From the NCBI GenBank assembly GCA_003344405.1, contig NOWV01000140.1:124001-188000 (forward strand): a stretch of DNA of 64,000 nucleotides, read 5' to 3'. The stretch is from Trichoplax sp. H2. Lineage: Eukaryota. The position numbers and the translations under genes are program-made. Position 1 is the stretch's first letter; every line of letters starts with the position of its first letter. Below are positions 53,401 through 64,000 of the stretch, one piece after another. The notes below the pieces were generated by a model. It worked only from the letters and a program-made list of their open reading frames with translations, had not been told where the DNA came from and searched no databases.

Positions 53401-55349
53401 AGTTTAATGAAGCAATATTGTTATTAAAGTATATTATTTAATCCTATTTACTGTGATATGTGCATAGCTATATATAGAAATAGTTGCCTGGTAAATAGAT
53501 AATGAGGAGTTGATTATATGTATAGGGATACGATGGATAGCAGAAAATGGAGCACATCAGAGTATAAAGAGAAGCATTACTTCAACAGATATAGTGATTA
53601 TTAACAAATTCATGTAGGACATAGTATTGGTAGCCTGTAATTTCAAGCAAATATGCTATATCATCGTAGTAGATTTAAACACTGAAATTCTAACTGGAAT
53701 AATCGGCACAAAGGTTTAAAAGTATTCAGCACAGAAGCAAGTCAGCTTTAAGAAAGCAATTATCATCATTTGGAGTAAAGTGCACGACTTTCTGCTGAAA
53801 TTACCTAACCAACGCATAACTAATATTAACTGAGCCCAAAAATATGCTTAAAATAAATTTAGATAACTAAATTGTAAATCCCTCCGGTGCAATTATCGAC
53901 ATTGTCTCCCTAAGCGTGATCCTAGAATTGAAATAGATTAGCTATACAGTTACATTACCCTTCAGTTTTATTTACTAATATTGATTAAGATTTGCTCTGG
54001 GAACAAATGAACAAATAAACTACTATAACATCATTTAGTTTATTTTATTGTTACGACGATGGCGAATGATTTTATGCAATAGCACTTTTAAAAGCATTTT
54101 ATTGTCATATGGATGTCCTTTCCGATTTCACCAAGAATATGGAAACAAGAATTAGACAGTAAATAAACAATGTCATATCTACATTGAATCGGCTCTTATA
54201 GCATAGTGTATAGTCCAGCACATTTGGTCAATATTGAAAAAATTTTGATTGAAAAAAGAATGACTGCATTTGCTGTTCATGCGATAGTCTATCAAGATAT
54301 TTACCTTCCGTAATAAAGTACTTCCTTGACTTTGAAAAACTGACTTAACAGCGTCATTTATTAAAGCAATTCATAAAATTTTAAGTAAAATAGGCACTAA
54401 ATTTTTTATTTATTTTAGCATTATCCGGTTCAAATGACAACATGATTGAAAGCATAACAGGTTCCTATTTAAGATCTATTAAATTCGTTGCGTGTAAAGA
54501 GTAACTTCGAACAAAATATGAGTCATGATGTAAAAGTTAATTTAAGACGAAACGGAAGAATATTAATTATTGGCAAAAATAAGTTGTCAGAGTAGTTAAG
54601 CTTCTTACAGTACTCCATTAGACAATTTAAGAATAATCATTGGCTATATTTATTTTCATTTCATCCTTATCATTTGTAAGGTACTATGGATATCTTCAAA
54701 TATAGCCAAACAAGTTTTTATCCAAACCTAATTAGAATCTTTCCAATCCATCGTATTGTGCAGATGATTATTTGCATCTTAGTGCTAATAAATCATCTGC
54801 AGTAGAGTTAATATATTGGCACAAATGATTGATTTGATCGATTAGAACTATAAGACCATCAATAATAGTACTGTATTTTAACTAATCCAGCCTATGGAAA
54901 AGGGCAAAATTGAACAAATGTGAATTTTACTTGGTATTGCTATTACTATCGCTAATCGAAAAATATTCTCACAGTAGTCATTTCGTGAATCTTTCACCAT
55001 AGGATTATAGTAATACAATCTCTCCCAACTCTCAGCTATTCTTACCTGCAGGTGTAAAAATCATTTAAATTTAGATCTTATACTCATTTAGTCATCTTAA
55101 TTAAACATTATCCAATTAATATACGCCTAAAGTGCTCACGTAGCAATTATGAATAGCCATTAAAATTTTATAACCATGTGATTACATAAAAATGCTTCTA
55201 AGCATTGCTATGTAAATCTGAGAGTATTGAAGAAATCTCATCAGATGAATAGGAGCACCCTAAATTCGAACTACTACATCATTCTTGTAGATTAACTAAC
55301 AAGTTCGAATCAATTTTTTATATCCAATCAATTAATGCAGCGATAATAG

Positions 55350-56600
55350 TAAGTAACTTACCAGCCCTTCTGAATGACTAACGTCGTACCTACATTTACG
55401 GCATAAATTAATAAATACCAGAATTGTTGGCACCATTAATTCTTAATCATCGATCAATTCTATTTTAATATCATTATTTTCTCACAAAACTTTTATTTGA
55501 TTTTGATCAAGAAGCTCTTTCCTATTTTAGTTAAGAAGATGTTAGAGAATTTTGTTAATATCAAGAGATTACAATCACATTAAAAGATTTGATATGGATA
55601 TTGGCAAGCAGACCTGGATAAACATCAGTCAATCGAGTTCTGATGGTACTATTGAGTTTTTAACTTAATAGACTATAGCGATGAGGATATGGAATTATTT
55701 TCGATTGTCAGGCAATCATATATAAGAATGTAATGATTCAGAAGATAGTAAGCGATATCATCCGATTTTAGAAGGTATTTTTTTTATTTGCTAGCTTACA
55801 GCACAAAACTCTGTTCATGTTGAATAATCATTACAGATATTCATGACTAAAGAATAGTAACAACCCTACAGAAATGCTTCTAATTGAGCTTGCCGACAAA
55901 GTTTGCATAGCCCCATTTCCATCAGTTAAAGTAAATTAAAGGGGACTTCAGCGCGATTTATCATAGTCTGTTACTTAGCTACTTGAAGAATATGACGATA
56001 ACTTATGGTTAATATTTAAACAGTGCTTTACATTTTGTACAGGGTGCAAAAGAGATTTTATATTTCGCTAATTTATATTGGAACTGTAGCTACTAGCTAA
56101 TGATCATACACGAGCGCATTTAGGCTAAAATGCGGTTATTCTTCTTAGCAGGATTCCGTCTTTAGTACCTAGTAAATTATGCCAAAATAGATCACAGCTG
56201 AAGAATATAAGAACACGTCAGATTTATCATAGGAATGATTTTCTATTAATGTTCGTTCACGAGCGGCTTAGAACGATATTAATGTTTGCAGAAATTAGGT
56301 GAAGGATATCAAATATGGATCGTTGAACTATTCTCCTATTTACCGGCTTCAAAAACTGATCATTTCATTTACGCTAGCATAGTGAAATGGAAAGCTCTCA
56401 ATCTCTATGCTATATTTCCACAAATCGCATGAAAATAATTTTGCTAAAAGATCATTATGGCTTGATCTTGTGCCTTGTTACGATGATGATCGAGAAGAAG
56501 AACAGTAGCTGTGATATTGAATCATTACCCTAACATTTCTCATTTTACTTGAAGAATCATTCAGTATTTCAATTTATTGGGTAAAAATTTCTGACCCAGC
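55350..56600 (+). pseudogene. Possible heavily decayed voltage-gated K+ channel (Kv-like) remnant
   Basis: Stop-riddled fragments in Kv order: IWILASRPG*TSVNRVL (pre-S1), LIELADKVCIAPF (S2-like), KLCQNRSQLKNI...DFLLMF (S4-S5-like), TILMFAE (end of S5), YG/DLVP (pore exit), IITLTFLILLEESF (S6-like). By eye only. Confidence 0.3.
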
Positions 56601-57759
56601 GATCGTTGAAATCGCTTAGAAATTTAAACATAGTAAAAGAATGTTCTTACAGATAATACGATCATATTTCCTTTCAAATTTCTTATGCAAGAAAGGACAA
56701 CAGCCTCCAATATCAGTTTACAACGACAATATCATTATTTATGAAATTGGAGGCTGATTAAGTAACTACAGAATTTCTGTCATCTTTCATTGAATTACTC
56801 TGTAGGAATATCGATGAAGAAATATTTAATTGGCAGAGTTCTACCTCCTTTCATTTTGGATTGTAACATTAATTGGCGCTATTCCTATCTTGTGATCAAG
56901 AATTCGATAAAATACTATCTTTGTCTAAATAGCTTGAGGGATAGAAAATCGGTTTTGCATAAAGCTTCCATCTATGAAATGATTACCCATACAAAGACTC
57001 GATTCATTGACTATGAAATCTGTTCCATAAATAACCATGAAATATTGGAACTTTTCATCGGCTGAGAAAAATAGCGAAAGGCTATCAATGTAAAGCGAAT
57101 GTAGATGGTGAAATAAATAACTATCAGTTAGTCTTTCATTGACAGCAAATATTTCAATTTCACTTTATTGCAAGTTAGAAAATGAAATGAAGAATTGCTA
57201 TCCCAGACTAATGCCTTTATGATGAGAAAGAAAAGGAAATTCTATTACAATTTCATAGCACAAATCCAGCCTTGAATCAGTAAAAACTAATATTATTTTT
57301 ATCCTTGAGCGAAGAATGTTTTCTTGTTGTCATTCTTAACAGCTAAAATAACTTAAAGGAAGGATTATTGATGCCCTTGTCAATCTTTCATTAGAGAATG
57401 AAATACTATCGGAGTGGCCTTCATTTAAATTGCTATCCTTCACAAGGAAATACCTAAGAATAAGGTTATCCAGCAGTTTTACCCTGTAGCCATGCAATCC
57501 TAACATAGCTGATGTCATTTATTACCCTCTTTATTCTTGTCAGCTCTTGCTTTCCGATTGATGTAATTATTGACACCAATTGATTCGATTGCTACCGCAT
57601 ACCTTCTTGTAGTCCTTCCTTGATTGCTGCAATGACAGACATTAAGCAATTTTGTTTGCATCACAAAATTGTTGCAATCTACTATCAATAGATGAAGTTA
57701 TTCGTTGTGCAAATTAATATGATTTAGTTAGGCAAGTATCCTTGTCATCCTTTTCTTAA

Positions 57760-59110
57760 AGATGGAATTATCAGCGTAAATCAATTTTAATGGTGGCTCT
57801 AAGCTATATTCATGTAATATTCCACCAATAGAGGGTGTTAAATGAATTAATCCACATTTATTTGTTACAATGTGTAAATATTCTTGTAATCTTTGACAGA
57901 GAACCGGAATCATGAACGTAGATCCATTTTATTTGTAACTGATAACCACTATTCTTGTAATCTTCCTCTAACAGATGATATTATTAGAGTTAGAAACTAA
58001 TAGAGCTGTTACAGTCAATCCATTTTTATTCCCTACTGTAGATCAATGTTCTTTTAATCTTTCACAGATAGATAGAACTTAATCTACTTGATTTATTACT
58101 ATCATATGTATTCCTATAGTCTTTCGCAGAGAGACGGAATCGTCAGTGTACAGTAAGTCAATTTTAATGGTGGTTGCAAGCTATATTTATATAATTTTTC
58201 ACTAGCAGAGAGATGTTACTAGAATGACTCCACTTTTATTTTTGCAGTACGCCATTATTCTTGTAATCCTTCATAGAGAAATGGAATCTTGAACTTAAAT
58301 CAATTTTATTAGTAACTATCAGCAACTATTTTTGTAATCTTTCACTAGCAGATGGTATTATTAGAGTTAATCTCTAGCAAGCTGTTCAAGTCGATCCATT
58401 TTATTCGCTATTGCACAGAAATATTCTTGTAATCTTTCACAGTAAAATGGGATTTAATCCACTCTCGTTGTTACCTCACCCAAGTATTCTTGTAATCTTT
58501 AAGAGAAAGATGGAGTTTAATTCACTCTCGTTGCTACCTCACCCAAGTATTCTAGTAATCTTTCCCTGAAAGATGGGATTAAATCCATTTTCGTTGTTAC
58601 CTCATCCAAGTATTCTTGCAATCTTTCCCTGAAAGATGGGATTTAATCCACTTTCGTTGTTACCTTACGCAAGTATTCTTGTAGTCTTTCAAAGAGAAAT
58701 AGAATCATCAGCGTAAATCAGATGTATTCATTACTATGGGCAAATATTCTTGTAATCATTCACAGAGGCATGAATTATTAGCGTAAATCAATTTCATTTG
58801 CAACTGTCAGTATATATTCTTGCAATCTTTTAATAGCCGAAGCTGCTATTAGAATTTATTTATTTCATATGTAATTAGGCACAAAGATTTATTGTATTCT
58901 TTCACTCACAGATGATATTATTAGAGTCAGCGACTAGTAAAGCTATTCGAGTTGATCTATTTTATTGGCTACTAGAATCAAATATTCGTGTAATTTTTAA
59001 TGGAGATGGGATCCCAAGCACATATCAATTTCATCACCCCTACAGTCCAACATTCTTGCACCCTTTAACGAATAAATGAAATCGTCAACATAAATCGATT
59101 AGTGCTACAA
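57760..59110. repeat. Degenerate minisatellite with higher-order structure
   Basis: TATTCTTGTAATCTTT-like motif every ~60-95 bp. The four most similar ~63-bp units lie at 58420-58700 (AAGTATTCT at 58482, 58544, 58608, 58671). A larger block at 57775-58070 recurs at 58155-58440. Confidence 0.85.
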
Positions 59111-59439
59111 AAAACTTTTGTCATCTCTAGCACTTAATTACTGATAGATAGAAATATCGACTTTACTCCATTTCGTGAATGCCACTCTAAATCTATTCAC
59201 GGATACCCTAGCTATCTTTTTAATTTCTGGCATTTAACTTCAAACAGATGAAATTATCGGAATAAATCATCCTTAAAACGTTCGTTTGGACCTCATCGTA
59301 ATCCACCAACTCGGAAGCAAACTGTATGATAAGAGTGTATCACCTTCTGAATTTGGCCTTAAAAGAGTATTGTCATTACTCTAATACTATAAACTCATCA
59401 TTAAATCAATTACTAAGGATAATCCAATTCCTATCGGCA

Positions 59440-61850
59440 TCACAAGTTTAACTGCTAGTGGCCTCTACCTTCAATAACATGCAATATTGCAATCCCACCG
59501 TGCAACAGTCTATCGTTCTAGCGTCATAAAAAAATATTGCCAGTAATTTGCCAGGAGCATATTTGAAAGTTAGAATTTATTGTTTCAAAATGAAATAAAA
59601 CAGTAAAGGTTCAATAGTAATTTTAAGAAACTTGAATAATATCTTTTATTGAAAGCAGTCTGTTGTAAAGCCAAGAGAATATCATGGATAGGAATGCCAT
59701 TTTCATAGCGAACAGTTTACTAATGTGCTTTTGATCATGACTGATTTCACTATACCTAATTCTCATGGCTCCCTTTCATTCTTTACCGGTACAAAGGATC
59801 CCTTTGAAAATGGTTGTATAAAAGCCAAGTTCGAAAATCGAAAACACTAGACTTTGTACACGGAATTGCTACCCTAGGCTAGTCCTATTTACTACTCTGC
59901 TTGCAGATGCTATCTTGCCCTTTCTCATTCAACAAAATGTACGCAATTACCTTGCCAACACTTTAATGATTAGAATAATAATCAGCTAACATTGTCTCTT
60001 TCTTTGCTGCATGCTTTATTCCTAAATTGTTCACCTCTCAGTTAGTCAGCTAGTATACTTTGACTTGCAGAAACGACGACTGGCTTATCCGGTTAGAGCC
60101 TTTCTCAGTTATGGGAAAATCTGTAAATCAATAATCGAATCTACAGTAATTGAAATAAATCAATTCCCTGAAGACTGTTTACCATGATCATTTAGGCTAA
60201 TCATGCTGAGCTGTTGTACTTGCCAATATCATTATTTGTCGAAATAATTAAGTTCCAATTCAGTTATGCAACCGTTTCTATTACATAGTCATTACAGTCG
60301 CTGCTATCACTCTTTCATTTGTGGATAATTTTATCTGGCATATTTCTCCATCATACTTTTATTCTGATATCAAGGTGATAGCATCCATCTTTACAAAGTC
60401 CCACAAAAAGTTCTACAATCACTTACAGCACTCAACTTTTAATTTCTTCGACTCCACAAAATTGATTATGGAAAACTTTTTTGTAAAGTTAACCAATAAT
60501 CCGCAGCCATATCAAGCAGTAAAAATTGAAAGTGTAATCCATACAAGTTAGATTCCCTATTAAATTACATCCAAAACCATCTAGGCTTTACGTATTGAAT
60601 CTTAGCTGCGCTGATAGTGACTTTAGTCAAGTTTAAAAATCGTTTCCTTAACTGGAATCCATATTCTTACTTTTCCTTATATAATGTCATAAAATTGGAA
60701 CCCAAATGTCATTCGTATACCGCAATTTTAACTCAGTGTAACGTCTGCCCTTAATATGGGCTATTAATAATCAGGAGACAACTACTAATAGAAGTTAAGA
60801 ACTAACATTACTTCATATACGATTAAAACTGACAAAACATCTTCTGCTACCTTCTCAATAACTATAGCTTCCTACTTTACTAGTATATAGCGATTATCGA
60901 CACCCGTATGTATTTTAGTTAAGAAAGAGATAATCACCGTCAAGATATTGAAGATAGATATCTCGACTTATATAAGATATCCTATAATAACGTTAACAGT
61001 TATTTAATTTAGTTAATTCACCTTGCTAATGTTGCAGTATTCTCATGATTAATAAATAGCCAATTCGTATAGCCCTTTCTTTAGGCATAATATATTAACA
61101 GAAATCAACCATAAGATCTAATTACATTGATGGTGTACGGGTCTTTCATCAATTTTGTCGGTAATTGAGGTAGATAAGAATTCCCTTATAGTGTAGGATT
61201 CTTTAAAGAAATTTTTAGCTTCTATATGATTATCACGATCACTTATCACTAACTTTATAGTGTTGGTATACCTTAAAAGGTTTAAAATCAATGATTTTGG
61301 TAAAATTAATCATCACTAAAATAGATAGTTATGTTACGGTACCAAATTGAGGGATAATTTCTTTCCAAATATTACCGGCCCGGATATAATAGTATCCGGG
61401 TTTTACTCAACTCATCTTATTATCAATCTCTATATCAATATTAGCATAGTTTACTGTCGGAAAAATTGGCAATTAGATTAACTTATTTTTCAAGTATGCA
61501 TTTACCTAAAATGACCTCTGCCTGTTAAAAATTTAAGATCTTTATTACCCTATTAATCATCGAGTTACCATAGGCTAATATAATTATATCCATTGAATTC
61601 ATTCGCCGGATCACTATATTTGCACAACTAAGCTATAGTATTCCTTCTCATCAATATTCCGCCGTGAGTCCAAATATTCCGCATATTCCACATCTCATTG
61701 CACCTTGGACCTTCTTTTTGTTTCAAATGCTGGCTGAATGGATCGCTATTTTACTTTATTGTAACTAATGATTGGTATTTCTCTTTTATGCTCCATCCTC
61801 ACTACCAATTAATTGGTATGATGCACTTACTATTGCACCTGGCTCCTCTT
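59440..61850 (-). pseudogene. Ionotropic glutamate receptor-like pseudogene
   Basis: Fragments in the expected order on the minus strand: LVTIK*NSDPF...C (S1 start, ~61770-61700), KPRW...VWITLSIFTA*YGCGLLVNFT (M3, cf. VW..IFLASYTANLAAF, ~60590-60480), PFSKGSF...N....EL (S2 KGS motif, ~59810-59760), ITGNIFY / GIAILHVIE (M4, ~59550-59470). Multiple stops and frameshifts. Confidence 0.45.
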
Positions 61851-63747
61851 TTTATTCCAAATGTTAGTCACATTAAGTTGCGGTCTTAATTTATGTATGA
61901 ATGCTCAAAGATGTCTCTTTCTAGCTAATTACCCGCCATTAGTGTAAAACATTCTTTCTTAAATTTTTTCTAGTCTAAGAGCAAAGTAAACAAACTCGTT
62001 GCATTTATCATTGATTTTTACAAGTTCCCCAAATGCTGCATATTCTATACATCGTAAATATTTGGATATTCTGAGGTTTTAAAAATTCGCTTAATTTAAA
62101 TCATCATGATAATATATGAACAGTCACCGATAAAAATTTCTCTGTAAGTCTGATATCTTCCACATGTTCTATACATCTTTGCACTTTGGATCTATTTTAT
62201 TCTGTTTCTAAATACCGGCTAAGCAATCTCTATTTATAATGTTAATCAATTGTAGCTTGAAATCAAGTATGATTAAATATTTAACATTATTTAATCTACA
62301 CTCATCAAAATAAATAATAATATTATGCTTGATTGCTTATGGGTATAGATGATAAATTCAGTATAAATTGCAGCCATTGATACATTATCAGTAACTAGTG
62401 AATAAAAGAAATAAGGAGAATACATATAGAATTTACATCCTTATAATATTGATCTTTATAATTATAAATAGTATAGAAACTACCTTGATCAGTCTTGTAT
62501 TAGCCAGAATGACATAGAAAATGGCTTCAATTCAATGTCGAATCGGTGTTTTTAAACTTTATCTACAGTAAATTTCCTTTTTGTCAGACAAGGTTCAAGT
62601 GAATAGCTTACTAAATTATTTACAATTTTACGCATTACTGTTTATTCATTATCGTGAGGATACTTGCTGCAAGAATAGCGGTTCGCGTGATCCTTTTTGC
62701 ATTCATAAGGTTAAAAAGGACCAAGATAGCCCCAAAGCGTGACTAATTGTGGAATTAAGGACAAAGAATCGACCCGTATACGATTTCATACGGATGCTAC
62801 ATTTTGAAGGAATAAGCAATTCGAATTTGTTCACTCTACAGGACTCTTAACTCTCATAGGATAGTAAAACTGTTTCATTTGATGCGGACAGCAATTCCAG
62901 ATGGGTATTCAAATTGTATTGATGACAAAATCTTATTACATTATTGATTGGTAAATTTAAAATATATTCCCTTGATATTTAAAACTTTTATTAATTTATA
63001 ATTTTTGTATGACTCTTTAACGATGAATATTGACATAGATCAAATGACGCTTGATAGGATTATAATAAATTCGTAAAATGAGTCATTAGCTGATAAATTA
63101 AAATTGAGATCGAGAAATTATTTTCTACAAAAAAGATAAAATGTTAGTCAAGATCTGTTCTAATTATAGGCCAATTTCATTATCCTATGCGAAAAATACT
63201 TCAGTTTGAATGGAGATAATTTTAGTATATCAATGATTGGTCACAATTGTAAGTAGTATTAATAAACCCAATATCAACTTGTACAGTATAATCTTGAGGG
63301 GACTAGGTTATGTTCTTGTCCAGACTGTATAAGCAATATCCGTCATAATAATATTTATTTACAAGCCCACTTCCTATGGCAAAGACTGTTTTAGAAATAT
63401 CATTGTTACTATATTATAATACCATTTTATCATTATTGACTTAAATACATTAACTTCACCTTATCAACTGATCTAAGCTTATATTTTGTTGATTACTTTT
63501 AGCCTATAATTAATTCATGTATTTTTTTATTTAAATCCATGGCTGAAAATAGATCCAGTAGCAAGGCTAGATTAAAATAACATAGTAATTGGTCAACATT
63601 TATCTAGCCAAGTAACCAACAACGTTGGCCAATCGATTATCGATATTGATTTACCGTGCAAGGAATAAAAGGAATCGAGCCAATTGTTACATCTTTCAAT
63701 TTAATTTTTAAGCTATCGGTTCATGTTGGAAAAGTAATATAGCCATC

Positions 63748-64000
63748 ATGCATACCAACGTTAGCTGTGAAGATAACATGACCGCTTTTCTCATTACACA
63801 TACTATGACAGCGACTGTTTTGCAAGCAACATCGATATCGTTATTTATTATTTCAAGTATTATGGGCAGTATGGCCATATGTTACATTATCTATAAAGAT
63901 AAAGCATTACATAATGTTACTGGAGCATTAGTAGCTAACTTAATGATGTCAGATTTTTGCGTGGCAGTACTCAACATGCCTGCTGCTTTAATATCTTGTA
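63748..64000 (+). CDS. Rhodopsin-like (class A) GPCR, 5' part, truncated by the window end
   Basis: Open from ATG 63748: MHTNVSCEDNMTAFLITHTMTATVLQATSISLFIISSIMGSMAICYIIYKDKALHNVTGALVANLMMSDFCVAVLNMPAALISC. It has N-glycosylation sequons NVS and NMT, TM1, and the TM2 signature NLxxSD...P. Missing from the ORF track because no stop falls within the window. Confidence 0.9.
   Translation, partial: MHTNVSCEDNMTAFLITHTMTATVLQATSISLFIISSIMGSMAICYIIYKDKALHNVTGALVANLMMSDFCVAVLNMPAALISC

Noticed and set aside
57728-59110. Repeat-protein (LRR-like) coding in the minisatellite
   Set aside because: Unit lengths vary out of frame and stops recur.

Overview
AT-rich eukaryotic genomic DNA with short GT-AG introns. 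Composition and gene style suggest a compact early-branching animal genome, possibly a placozoan such as Trichoplax (inference only). Two conserved genes are clear: MRPL22 (+, 16187-18316, six exons) and, convergent with it, the giant lipid-transfer gene BLTP1/KIAA1109 (-, 42203-19352). A rhodopsin-class GPCR starts at 63748 and runs off the window. The first ~14 kb has few long ORFs but is an old tandem array of diverged, spliced minus-strand paralogs. Their reconstructed products have no signal peptide in the exons found, have acidic 5' exons, and show a by-eye beta-trefoil (IL-1/IL-18-like) pattern; this is the most interesting candidate system and needs structural confirmation. Also present: a small orphan secreted-protein gene (14306), a structured non-coding block upstream of MRPL22 with a telomere-template-like 9-mer (speculative), several tandem repeats around the BLTP1 5' end, and decayed remnants of an adhesion-type GPCR, a Kv-like channel and an ionotropic glutamate receptor between 48 and 62 kb. 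All homology calls were made by eye, without database searches.
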